The translations under genes and the position numbers were made by a program. Below, in pieces: positions 1 through 10,719 of a DNA stretch of 32,911 nt (the stretch's first letter is position 1; each line of letters opens with the position of its first letter). A model generated the notes under the pieces. It was not told the origin of the DNA and searched no databases. It worked only from the letters and a program-made list of their open reading frames with translations. The stretch covers positions 120,817,438 through 120,850,348 of the forward strand of contig NC_068983.1 of NCBI RefSeq assembly GCF_001194135.2. Reading direction: 5' to 3'. Source of the DNA: Octopus bimaculoides (taxonomy: Eukaryota).

Positions 1-779
1 TACGGAGGTAAACATTTTCTCCCTAATAAAATCTAATTTCCTCTTTCTAATACAAATCCTTTCAACTCCTACTTTCTCTTATGAAGCTTTACGGAAAATC
101 CAACAACAAATACAAAAAGAAAGGAAGGAGAAAAAGAAAACTATCAAAACCGAAACAATCACATTTCGATACTGTAATGACAGATACTAAAAGTACATAC
201 AGAATTACTTTGCCCCTCTAAAATTAACTATTTCTATTCCTCTNNNNNNNNNNNNNNNNNNNNNNNNNNNNNNNNNNNNNNNNNNNNNNNNNNNNNNNNN
301 NNNNNNNNNNNNNNNNNNNNNNNNNNNNNNNNNNNNNNNNNNNCTCTCTCTCCCGCTCTCTCTCTCCTCCTTGCTCTCTGTGAGGTGTGGCTATAACATT
401 AATAAAGCCAAAAATACGTGTCGACTATTTACTAAGCTAGAGAATATAGTCGTATATACAATGAAGTATAGATAACGGTGCAGTGGGGTTTTTTGTTTGT
501 TTGTTATAATTATTAGTAGTAGTATTAGTTATAGACTAGTGGTGATGTAATTGTTGTTTCTGAAATTTTCGTTTATGCTGTCATAGTTTTTTTTGTTGTT
601 GTTTTGTTTTTGGCTTTTTGCTTGTTTTTTTCTTTGTGTTTTTTTGTTCTCTGGCCTCCAACATCACCCTCATCGACGGCAAATAAAATAATAACGATAA
701 TCTAACAAGATAAGCTATGAAATAAGATGTTGTAATGAGAAATATGAGGTTTAGTGAGAAATTCAGGGATTAGATGAGC

Positions 780-1420
780 AAAAGAAAATGAGTATTGAGA
801 TAGAGGGTAATATAGAAATAGAAGGAGGAGGAAGGAAAAACAAGAGGAAGAGAGAGTGATAGGTGTGAGAAAGAGAGAGAGAGAGAGATAAAGATACGCT
901 AGGGGGGAGGTTACTCTGTGTGTGTGTGTGTGTGTGTGTGATAGAAAAAGAGAAAAATGGAGAGATTGAATGATAGTAGAGATAGAAAGAATGGAGTTAA
1001 GAGCGGGGTAATATGATGGGGGGATACATATGAGAATTGTGTGTGAGAGTATGAATTATAAGATATTTGTGAGAGGTATCGTGTAGATGTATTTTGTTAG
1101 AGAGAGAGGAGGGAGAAAGAGAGAGGAGGGAGAAAGAGAGAAGAGGGAGGGNNNNNNNNNNNNNNNNNNNNNNNNNNNNNNNNNNNNNNNNNNNNNNNNN
1201 NNNNNNNNNNNNNNNNNNNNNNNNNNNNNNNNNNNNNNNNNNNNNNNNNNNNNNNNNNNNNNNNNNNNNNNNNNNNNNNNNNNNNNNNNNNNNNNNNNNN
1301 NNNNNNNNNNNNNNNNNNNNNNNNNNNNNNNNNNNNNNNNGAGGGAGGGAGGCAGATAGGGGGGAAGAGGGAGGCAGGCAGATAGGGGGAAGAGGGAGGG
1401 AGAGAGAGGTGGTGAGGGAG
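780..1420. repeat. Purine-rich (GA/GGA) low-complexity tract with (GA)n and (GT)n microsatellites
   Basis: (GA)n ~871-888, (GT)n 917-940, GGAGAGAG-type runs 1098-1151 and 1341-1420 on either side of a gap. Confidence 0.9.
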
Positions 1421-1936
1421 TATGTGATAGAAAATAGGAAGACTTTGGAGTGAAATTGCTGCTACTTTAGCTGGAATCGTATTCGGAAATAAACTACTTG
1501 GAAAGAATATTACACCAGTAGACAATAATGAAATGTACTTGAGTGAAACATACATTTGGCTAATAACTATCTCACAACTAAAACTGTCTGCCAGGCAATA
1601 TTGTCCTTCAGCAGAGCTACCCCAAATCACCGAATAGGAAACCTTTAAACCTCAACTTTAAATTGATTTCCTTTTATTCATTCTGCCGATATCATGGATG
1701 TTTTAGAGTAGATGAGATAATGCAGGCTGCAGAAAATTCACGTGTTTGAGTTTCATTAACATGATTTGACTAATTTCAATGTAACAACAGCTAGTTTACT
1801 GCCTGATTTAAATTCAAATTTCATTGTAACCAGCGTGGATTTAATACAGTATAACTGGTTCATTTTGAGAGCAGCTGAGATGATTGCTACGACTTCAAAT
1901 TCGCTAGAGCTACCGTGATTTTAACACAACGAACCA

Positions 1937-1965
1937 ATGTTTTCTGTGGAAGCAGCTACTTCTCG
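1937..1965 (+). CDS. Candidate first coding (or 5'UTR) exon end, MFSVEAATS(R); product unknown
   Basis: Consensus donor CTCG|GTAAGT at 1965/1966. ATG at 1937 follows an in-frame TAA at 1922 and gives phase 2 at the donor, matching the open frame of the 6503 candidate exon. No homology recognised. Confidence 0.25.
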
Positions 1966-2003
1966 GTAAGTGTTCGAATTCTGCTTGCTTCGTCATGAGA
2001 TTC

Positions 2004-2175
2004 GTTTCAAATTTTGGCACAAGGCCAGCAAATTTGAGGATGGAGGTAAGTCGATTAAATCGATTCCAGAGCTCAACTGGTATTTATTTTATTGACTTTG
2101 AAAGGATGAAGGGCAAAGTCGACCGCGGCAGAACGAAATGCCACTAAGCATTTCGACCGGCGTTCTACTGATTCT
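2004..2175 (-). mobile_element. tRNA-derived SINE family A, copy with truncated head
   Basis: Shares body GAAAGGATGAAnGGCAAAGTCGAC and tail TTTCAAATTTTGGCACAAGGCCAGCAA with the other family A copies. Confidence 0.85.
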
Positions 2176-2409
2176 TATTTCTTTATTGCCCGCAAGGGGC
2201 TAAACATAGAGGGAACAAGCAAGGACAGACAAAGGGATTAAGTCGATTACATCGACTCCAGTGCGTAACTGGTACTTAATTTATCGACCCCGAAAGGATG
2301 AAAGACAAAGTCGACCTCGGCGGAATTTGAACTCAGAACGTAACGGCAGACGAAATACCGCTAAGCATTTCACCCGGCGTGCTAACGATTCTGCCAGCTC
2401 GTCGCCTTA
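2176..2409 (-). mobile_element. SINE family A, near-complete copy with an alternative tail (GGGGCTAAACATAGAGGG...)
   Basis: Minus-strand head AAGGCGACGAGCTGGCAGAATCGTTAGCACGCCGGG (A-box-like), B-box-like GAGTTCAAATTCC, body CTTTCATCCTTTCGGGGTCGATAAATTAAGTACCAG. Confidence 0.9.
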
Positions 2410-2576
2410 CTTCATGGTATTAGCACGAAATGATTTGCTCACTGTAAATATTATATATATATATATATATATACTTTTATAATTTCAAATTTTCGCAAAA
2501 GTTAACAAGATATTTATTCGATATAAGACGATCAGAAAACAAGTAAAATACTGCATCAGTGGACATAGAAGTCATT

Positions 2577-2746
2577 TGGTTTCAAATTTTGTCACAGGGC
2601 AAGCAATTTTAGGGAAGGGGCTTGTTGATTATATCCACCCCAGTGTAAGTCAACCTCGGCAGAATTTGAACTCAAAACACGAAGAATGAAAGAAAGAAAA
2701 AGGGCGGCGAGCTGGCGTGCTAACGATTTTGCTAGTTTGCCGCCTA
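2577..2746 (-). mobile_element. SINE family A, degenerate and internally deleted copy
   Basis: Tail TTTCAAATTTTGTCACAGGGC, GGCAGAATTTGAACTCA, head remnant. Confidence 0.75.
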
Positions 2747-2771
2747 CTATTTATTTATATTCATAAATAAA

Positions 2772-2986
2772 TATTCGTTTCAGATTTAGGCACAAGGCCA
2801 GCAATTTGGGGAAGGGGTAGGTCGATTACATCGACCCAGAGTTCAACGGCTACTTATTCTGTCGATCTCGATCGCATGAAAAGCCAAGTCGACTTTGGCG
2901 GAATTTGAACTTAAACGTGAAGATGGACGAAATGCTGCTAAGGATTTTGCCCGATGTGGTTACGATTCTGCCAGCTGGTCGCCTTT
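2772..2986 (-). mobile_element. SINE family A, full-length diverged copy
   Basis: Collinear with the 2176-2409 and 22038-22250 copies from head to tail. Confidence 0.85.
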
Positions 2987-3062
2987 ATTCATACATGAAT
3001 ATTGATATTACACGTGGTCAAAACAATATGTAATAAATTTAAAAGATTTTATTTTTACCTGT

Positions 3063-3261
3063 TAGGCGGCGAGTTGGCACTCCAAGGACAACGCATAGCA
3101 GTATTTCGTTCGTCTTCTCGTTCTGAGTTCAAATTCCGCCGAGAGCGACATTGTCTTTCATCTTTTCGGGATTGATAAAATAAGTATAAGTTGAGTACTA
3201 GGGTCGATGTAATCGACTAGTCTGCTCGCAAATCTCAGGTCTTATGCCTATAGTAGAAAAG
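3063..3261 (+). mobile_element. SINE family A (tail type ...CTTATGCCTATAGTAGAAAAG)
   Basis: TAGGCGGCGAGTTGGCA head, GTTCTGAGTTCAAATTCCGCCGAG, GGGTCGATGTAATCGACT. Confidence 0.85.
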
Positions 3262-3263
3262 CA

Positions 3264-3478
3264 GTGAGGTGGCAGAACCGTTATATCACGCCGGCCAAAA
3301 ATGCCTAGTGGCATCTCTTCCGACCTAACGTTCTGAGTTCAAAGTTCGCCAGGGTCGACTTAGCCTTTCATCTCCGGGAATTGATAAAATAAGTATCAGT
3401 TGAGCACTGGGGTTGATGTTATCGACTTTGATCCCTTCTCTGAAATTGCTGGTCTTGTGCCAAAATTTGAAATCATTA
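3264..3478 (+). mobile_element. SINE family A, full-length diverged copy
   Basis: GGTGGCAGAACCGTT head, GTTCTGAGTTCAAA, GGTCTTGTGCCAAAATTTGAAATC tail. Confidence 0.85.
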
Positions 3479-3490
3479 TTAATTACCTAC

Positions 3491-3650
3491 GAAGGGCAGT
3501 AGTAAAATTAAAAGAGCGCAAAAAATACATACTTTGTGGTATTTAACAACGGACCTTCCCCTTACGTCTGAGCTTCAAATTCCGCCAATGTCAACTTTGA
3601 TTTTGTCCTTCAGACTGTCGATAAACACAATACTAATCAAATATAGGTAT
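3491..3650 (+). mobile_element. SINE family A, highly degenerate copy
   Basis: TACGTCTGAGCTTCAAATTCCGCCAATGTCAACTTTG matches the family B-box region. Confidence 0.55.
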
Positions 3651-3856
3651 ATATTACGTCTACTATAATACACCTCTGCATATTTGTGTCTAACTAATCG
3701 ATCATATTCAGGTGCTAAGGGACTGTTACTATATTATTTCTAGCGTTGCCAGAAATAAGAGTCAATAGAGCTCAGTAGCCACAGAAGCACTATATTAACG
3801 ACAGACATATATAAACACACACATACATGTATTATGATATATGTATATATATATAT

Positions 3857-4268
3857 TCCTTTATTTTTTTATTTGTTTCAGTCATTTGACCGCGGCTATG
3901 CTGGAGCATCACATTTAGTCGAACGAATCGACCCCAGGGCTTGTTCTTTGTAAGCTAAGTACATACTCTATCGTTCTCTTTTGCTGAACCGCTAGTTACG
4001 GAGACTTAAACACACCAACATTGGTTGTCAAGTAATGGTGGGGAGACAAACACAGACATATATATACACACACACACACATACATATACACATACACACA
4101 CACACGATGGGCCTCTTTCAGTTTCCGTCCACCAAATCCATTCACATGGCTTTGGTCGGCCCGAGGCTGCAGTAGAAGACACTTGCCCAAAGTGCCACGC
4201 AGTGGGACTGAGCCTGGAAGCATGTTGTTAGGAAGCAACTTCTAGCCACACAGTCACGCCTGCACCTA
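3857..4268 (-). mobile_element. tRNA-derived SINE family B with an internal (CA/TACA)n tract
   Basis: Minus-strand head AGGTGCAGGCGTGACTGTGTGG...GGCTCAGTCCCACTGCGTGGCACTTTGGGCAAGTGTCTTCTACT. The TTGGGCAAGT segment resembles the CORE-SINE core described for octopus OR-type SINEs (family name not verified). Confidence 0.85.
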
Positions 4269-4379
4269 TATATATAGGTACATACATACATACATACATA
4301 CATACATACATGCATACATACACACATACATATACACGCACATATGCATGCACTCATATACACACGAATATAATTAGAT

Positions 4380-5025
4380 GGTTGTGATATTCGAGTATGA
4401 GTGAGATTAGGAGTTAAAATATAGATTTATAAGGTTATTGGGATTACCTAAGGGGTATTGTGGAAGTATACTGTATGGACGTTTAGGCATTTGGATTAGT
4501 GGTAGAATTTGAATGTGTGGTAAAAGCGGTAGTTGCATGTGCTTAGTGCCTCGTTATGTTTATTTAGCAGTGCTGGAGAGTTGTGCTTTAATATGTGAAG
4601 TGCCTCCTTCAGGCAAAGCTTGCAGATTGAGCGTTGATCTCGGTAGGGAAGCCCTGAATCCAGTATGGACCATGATAGAGTATAGGGTATATTTGTATTT
4701 TTGAGATGATGTATGTGGTTGGCGAGTGTTGTAGATTTACTATGTTTATCGTATCTAAAAGAATGGAGGTGAGCGGCATATCGTTGCTTAAAATTTTTGG
4801 TATATGGTTGTAGAGTTGTATAATAGACTAAGGACAGTGCATTTGTAAATTACATTATATCTTCTGCAATGGGTTTGTTATGGGCAGATGGTTCCACGAC
4901 GGCAGTTGCAATTAGGTGAATTTTGGGGAATGTGTTCAAGAATAGAGGAGATAATATCGTCAGAGGAGAGGTTAGAGAAGGGGTTAGAAGATTCTAGATT
5001 ATTAGTATTCTATTATTAGTACTCT
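4380..5025 (-). mobile_element. Penelope-like element remnant: linker, GIY-YIG endonuclease and 3' flank (frameshifted, with stops)
   Basis: Minus-strand translation: NCNCRRGTICP*QTHCRRYNVIYKCTV...FKQRYAAHLHSFRYDKHSKSTTLANHIHHLKNTNIPYTLSWSILDSGLPYRDQRSICKLCLKEALHILKHNSPALLNKHNEALSTC. This matches the PLE GIY-YIG pattern (CNCR..CP..C, R, C..CL.E, LLNK). The YIG motif appears deleted. Confidence 0.88.
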
Positions 5026-5751
5026 ATTCTGTGGTACACACCCCCATTCTCACTTAACGTTAAGAACTTAGCTAAATCCTTCTTTAAAATACTAGACTCT
5101 AACTTTCCGCGGCAACATAAATATAATTCTATCTTCAATCTATCCACCTTGAAACTATCTTATTCTACCCCACCCAACTTTGAATCTATTGTAGCAAAAG
5201 CTTTCTCTTTACTATAAAAAACTCACATAATTACAACTTTAGTCATACGAACACTCAATACACACACAGCTCCAGCGCAGACACCCTTACATTAGACCAC
5301 ATTATTCTTTCCATGATCAATAATATAAGTATCATAAATATAGTGAGGACAGCTGAAAATCTTATACTCCTTTTTACGAGGATTTAACCTGTTGTCAATG
5401 AAATGATACGTGAGCCTTACAGCGTAGACATTTATAAATGTTTTTATAAACCACAACCCAACCCATCCTACTGACGCTGCCCGGAACACCACCACAATCT
5501 CTACCACCCTTACTAATAGTACAATTAATAACAACAATAGTAATAATTACAATGATGGTAATTATAACGTTAATAATACTAATAATCTAGAATCTTCTAC
5601 TCCCTTCTCTAACCTCTCCTCTGACGATATCACCTCCTCTATTCCTGAACACATTCCCCAAAATTCACCTAATTGTAATTGCCGTCCTGGAAACACCTTC
5701 CCGTTACAAACCCATTGCAGAAGATATAATGTAATTTATATATATATATAT
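5026..5751 (+). mobile_element. Penelope-like element remnant: RT C-terminal region and linker, running into a gap
   Basis: ILWYTPPFSLNVKNLAKSFFKILDSNFPRQHKYNSIFNLSTLKLSYSTPPNFESIV resembles the PLE 'IIWFNPPFS...FP..HKL.KIFN..T.K.SYS' region. Later NCNCRPGNTFPLQTHCRRYNVIY. Interrupted at 5302-5450. Confidence 0.85.
5302..5450 (-). repeat. Inverted copy of 6856-6903 joined to 7028-7127, inserted in the PLE
   Basis: The reverse complement matches both source segments with only about 3 mismatches. ACCACA direct repeat at 5296-5301 and 5450-5455. Confidence 0.92.
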
Positions 5752-6502
5752 NNNNNNNNNNNNNNNNNNNNNNNNNNNNNNNNNNNNNNNNNNNNNNNNN
5801 NNNNNNNNNNNNNNNNNNNNNNNNNNNNNNNNNNNNNNNNNNNNNNNNNNNNNNNNNNNNNNNNNNNNNNNNNNNNNNNNNNNNNNNNNNNNNNNNNNNN
5901 NNNNNNNNNNNNNNNNNNNNNNNNNNNNNNNNNNNNNNNNNNNNNNNNNNNNNNNNNNNNNNNNNNNNNNNNNNNNNNNNNNNNNNNNNNNNNNNNNNNN
6001 NNNNNNNNNNNNNNNNNNNNNNNNNNNNNNNNNNNNNNNNNNNNNNNNNNNNNNNNNNNNNNNNNNNNNNNNNNNNNNNNNNNNNNNNNNNNNNNNNNNN
6101 NNNNNNNNNNNNNNNNNNNNNNNNNNNNNNNNNNNNNNNNNNNNNNNNNNNNNNNNNNNNNNNNNNNNNNNNNNNNNNNNNNNNNNNNNNNNNTACCTCG
6201 ACTTTGCAAAAAGTTTTCATGACTAGTGTCATTCACCAACAATTAATTGTTCGTAATAACTTCTCAACTGGGAAAGTTTAGAAAGTCGTGACTTGTATGT
6301 TTTTCAAATGAACAAAACATTATAAGTAAAATAAAATACAATATAATTCAACAAGTAAAACCAGGTTACAAATTCAGCTCAACAGCAAATGATCTGCACG
6401 GCAGATGTCACTCATAAATAATAAATATGAGAAAACAATAATAATCGAAAATAATAATTCTTTATTAGTGAGAACCTCATTGAAGTACTTTTGTTTTCCA
6501 AG

Positions 6503-6553
6503 CCAAAAGAGAGGAAGTCGTGATGAGAAAAAGCAACGAAAAATAACTGAATG
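6503..6553 (+). CDS. Candidate 51-nt exon: (R)QKRGSRDEKKQRKITE(W), or a UTR exon ending in ATG
   Basis: Acceptor TACTTTTGTTTTCCAAG| and donor AATG|GTAAGT are both near consensus. Only the phase 2-2 frame is open. Confidence 0.4.
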
Positions 6554-7040
6554 GTAAGTTTTTATGGAGATTCTGCCAAACGGTTGTTAACAGAACATTG
6601 ATCTAAATATTATGATCCTGTCATCTATCGTTAATGTACAATAGCAATATCGGATGTGATGTACAACAAAATCTATGCCACCATTTGTTGATTGATATGT
6701 GTTTAGAGAGTGGAACAACTTTGCCCTACTTATGTACAATTGATATTTATTAACTGATATTGACTTGATAACAATGAATACAATGCTTTTTTTTTATATA
6801 TAAAGAAACTTTCGATTAAAAAAGAAATTTACTTACATTTCGTTACTTTACAAATTTTATGAAAACATTTATAAATGTCTACGCTGTAAGGCTCACGTAT
6901 CATAAAATAGGAAAACATTTCTCGACGACTGAATGAAATATATCAGTTCTGCCGAAAAACAAAAACGATATTTTAGAAAGAATCTTCCTTTTACCAACAA
7001 ACACATCAGCTATCTAAAATACTGGCTTCATTCACAACAG

Positions 7041-7176
7041 GTTAAATCCTCGTAAAAAGGAGTATAAGATTTTCAGCTGCCCTCACTATATTTATGATAC
7101 TTATATTATTGATCATGGAAAGAATAAAGACAAAGGTGATCTCGACAAAATTTGCCTCCAGCATATAGAAAAATAA
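7041..7176 (+). CDS. Candidate exon (W)LNPRKKEYKIFSCPHYIYDTYIIDHGKNKDKGDLDKICLQHIEK*
   Basis: Acceptor TTCATTCACAACAG| with a weak pyrimidine tract. The phase 2 frame is open to TAA 7174-7176; a weak alternative donor AAAG|GTGATC follows 7135. No family recognised. Confidence 0.22.
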
Positions 7177-7355
7177 GATGAATATTGTAAAACAATTAAT
7201 ACGACACTACCGTTTCTACTGCTCTTCCATCACTCTAATGATAAATGACCCGTCCAAACATGGTGGATTATATAGCATTTAGCTGCATGACTAAAGACAA
7301 AGAGATGGGTATCCACCTAGATACGATCTCGGTCTATCACAGGCAATGTTTTCAG

Positions 7356-7386
7356 ATCTATCACGTATTAATCACAAGTGGACGAA
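7356..7386 (+). other. Candidate 31-nt micro-exon
   Basis: ATGTTTTCAG| acceptor and GAA|GTGAGT donor. Two frames are open (IYHVLITSGR or DLSRINHKWT). Confidence 0.2.
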
Positions 7387-8067
7387 GTGAGTTACGTAAA
7401 ATTAAATATCTTGATCAAACTATCTGTATAGGTTGTGAACTCATTGTACACGGTACTTATTTACAGCCAGGAGTACAAAATTACAGCGAATTAAATTTCT
7501 TAGCCATGGGCTCATTAAAATTTTATCGATTGGATACTAACCATTTGTGAGTCATTTATAATTCTATCAGTTGCAATTTTACGATGGGATTAATACTGAT
7601 TTGTAATTGTGATACAAGACCGCACACAGAGAAAGGATATAGTCGACCGCATCGATAACAGCATACTACTGACATATTTATCAACTCTGGGAAGATAAAA
7701 TATTAAGTTATACAAGTGTTTCACTCGTTACCCAAACAGTGACGGTATCCTCAAGTTTCATAAGTCTCTCCAGAGTGACGAAATTCATGTGATTGATGTT
7801 CAGTTTGGAATGTAAGTTTACATCTGTAAGAAAACGTGAGTGTATAAAGAATTGCAAAAAACTAAGGTTCTGATGAGGTAGGTATAGAACCATGTAGGGT
7901 TGTGGAGGAGGAGACATTTTAGTTATGATTAGATGAGCAAAAATGGGTTTATGCAGTTTGAGAAACAATCGGAGAAGAGGCAAAGAAGCCTAAATAGTAG
8001 CGGTGGAAGAGATACAGAGAAAAAAATAGCATGTACGTGGACTAGATTTGGCAACTTGTCAGTCAGA

Positions 8068-8132
8068 CGATGTAATTGACTTATCCCCTCTCCCGAGTTT
8101 GCTGACCATGAGCCAAAATTTGAAACCAGTAT
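8068..8132 (+). mobile_element. SINE family A 3' fragment
   Basis: GATGTAATTGACTTATCCCCTCTCCC...GAGCCAAAATTTGAAACCA. Confidence 0.7.
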
Positions 8133-9659
8133 ATAGTGCTCACAGTTAAGTAACCGGTGAGTGGAGATGGAGACCAAGTTTCAATTTCCGCTTCATGCAA
8201 ATTTATTTCATATATGTTGTTCCAACTCCCATGAAAATATGATCGCGACAACTAAACTTTCTATGTCTTCCCTTAAAACATAGAACCTCAGGTTCCAACC
8301 AAAATTGGCAACAGCTCTTTTTCTTCATTCATATCGTTTTTTAACGGTGACTGAAGTTTGAATCTCCTTGTAGTATAATTCAGCCCTCCTTGCTTTCGAT
8401 TGAATAAAATGATTAGTGACATCATAATCTCTTTCAGTTACCTATTACTTCAACACAATCTACTTCAATCTCCTATATACTACCTAATACCTACCAATCC
8501 CCTAAATACCCATACATACATACATACATACAAACATCTCCATAATGTATTTCAGTCCTCTATAGACGTTCTTAATGTCCTTCAATCCTGACACATGACC
8601 ATAATATTGTATACGCTATTTTAAAACATTACTTTTTCCATTAATCTGTGATTTTCGGAATTCTCTAATGCTAGTTCTAACTCTATCAAAATGAAGTTTA
8701 TCTTCAAGTACACGCGGAAGTCTAGTTATATGGGGTTAGCTTATGGCAAATATATAATAATGACGTGTATGTGTATAACAATGTGTTCTTTGTGATAAGA
8801 GTAGTAGTCACTTAACACACTTACCTAATGCCGTGAACTTAGCAGGATTTGAACTCAAAATAAAACGAAAAAAAGATTTTAATGATAAAAAATACAAACA
8901 AACTTACTATTAGTCATAATTAAACATAATAAGCACTTACAGGAAAGACAGGAATGGCCAAAGTTATTGACGACACTCAAACAGGCATTTGTCACTTGCA
9001 GGATAATTCGCTTTGTTTGTTTTCGTTTCTGTTTATGTTTGTTTGTTGCAGGCTAATGTGCAGTTAGGGCTATTATGAGGGAGTAACAAAATCAATTGTT
9101 TCACTGGCCTAGTCAGAGAAGGAAGACCAGCACACATTTCGGTGTTTCTTATTGACGAGGAAAGGTAGAAGTTGTTCTCGGGCAGGAGATCTGGCACGGA
9201 TGCTTACAACAGAGTTGATAGCTCTAGACACTCTGAGACAACTGGTGGTGTTTCATTGGTACTTAACTTATGGGTCGGTCCTGAAAAAGTGAATGTGAAC
9301 AAAATCGATTTCGTAGAATTTAACTTTTAGTCTGAATCACTACGGTTCCTGTCACTTCACTAAAATGTCGTATACAACAATACCAATTGAAAACAGATAG
9401 GCAGTCATAGTTGTATATACTTTAACGAAATACAGAACAGTTATATTTTACTTTCTATTGAAGTATTTTACTTTCATACAGTCTTTTTAACTCCTAAGAA
9501 ACTGTTAGGGTCATTTTTTCTGCACTTTCTAAATACATAAGGCCCTCGTGAACTCACGCCACATTAGTCTATGTGATAAGAGTTGTAGTCACTTAACAGT
9601 ATCATTAGTAGTTTTTGTTTATATTGCACTCAGTGACAGTACTTCACAGTAAGTTTACT

Positions 9660-9912
9660 ATATTGATAGGATTTAGTGGAATTGTTGAAATTGGAACGCA
9701 AAGAGCTGGAACAGATAACGCAATTTCGACCCAACGTGCTAACAACTGTTGTGATCCATCGCTCAAGAATGGTACTTTATTTATCGACTTCGGAAGGATA
9801 AATGGTAAAGTCGACCTCTGTGTGATTTGAATACAAAACGCAGAAAGCCGAAAGAAATACAGCAAGGGACTCGTGTCTGACGCTCTAACGACTTTGCCAA
9901 TTCACCTTGGCC
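9660..9912 (-). mobile_element. SINE family A degenerate copy plus a head fragment
   Basis: GGTACTTTATTTATCGACTTCGGAAGGATAAATGGTAAAGTCGACCTC...GATTTGAA...CTCTAACGACTTTGCCAATTCACC; second remnant GTGCTAAC at ~9738. Confidence 0.65.
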
Positions 9913-10719
9913 ATTAAAGAAAAAAAAATCATTCTCTATCGCTAGATAAGACATTTGAGATATAAATACTATATATGAGTTCTCTCATATTTATAATGAT
10001 GATGTCAGTTTTAACGAAGAATGTTTATCAGTGAAATGCTTTAAGATATCTTCAACAATGTCAGTGCTATGTGGTCTGTCAATATTTATCATGTTACACT
10101 TCTAAGCATTCCTATATTATATCGGACATTTTGACCAATGTCCACCATGCAATATTTTCTTCTTTTTATATGTGCTGCAAGTTTCTTGTTCGCTAATTTA
10201 TTGATATAAGTGGAGAGAGAGTTGTATTTATGAAATATATTTGTGTGAAGTGACGAGAAGACAATTTCAATTTTCTGAGGAGGGCTGTATTTATACTTTG
10301 TCTAGACTCGCTTAAAGTAAAAGCTCGCATGAGGTTAGTTATTTGATACAAAGCTATTATAATTATTACTTAGGTCAACTCTTAATACATCTGAAGATAT
10401 TGGTCTCGTGGCAGAATTTCAATGTTGTATAATTCCAACTCTGAACGTCTGCGATAGGAGTTAAGCTTTGGGTGCTATTCATATTAAGCCCAGCTTTGAT
10501 AAATACATTCATATCTATATTTTACACTACATTATACATGTTTTAGAAATTGGGCTTGTCTCTATTCACTTTTGTTCCTGAAGTTAAATATTCTGTTATC
10601 ACTAGATTTCCATCTGATTTTTACTGTATGTCGAAGGCTGTTTGTATATCAGTCTCTTTACACTAAAATATCTGAAATATATAATCCATACAATAGTCAT
10701 GCTAGTCTCTGAAAAAACA

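Noticed and set aside
422-452. 7-bp inverted repeat CGACTAT...ATAGTCG
   Set aside because: Too short to distinguish from chance.
1428-1636. Open plus-strand frame KIGRLWSEIAATLAGIVFGNKLLGK...PQITE*
   Set aside because: No upstream ATG or acceptor, no donor, and no recognised homology.
8140-8250. Possible minus-strand exon LSRSYFHGSWNNIYEINLHEAEIETWSPSPLTGYLT
   Set aside because: Good donor (ACT|GTGAGC) but a poor acceptor, no partner exons in phase, and no recognisable family.
9052-9170. Strong plus-strand acceptor TTTGTTTGTTGCAG at 9051 (similar case at 21734)
   Set aside because: All three downstream frames hit stops quickly. Only a non-coding or terminal exon is possible, which cannot be supported without RNA data.
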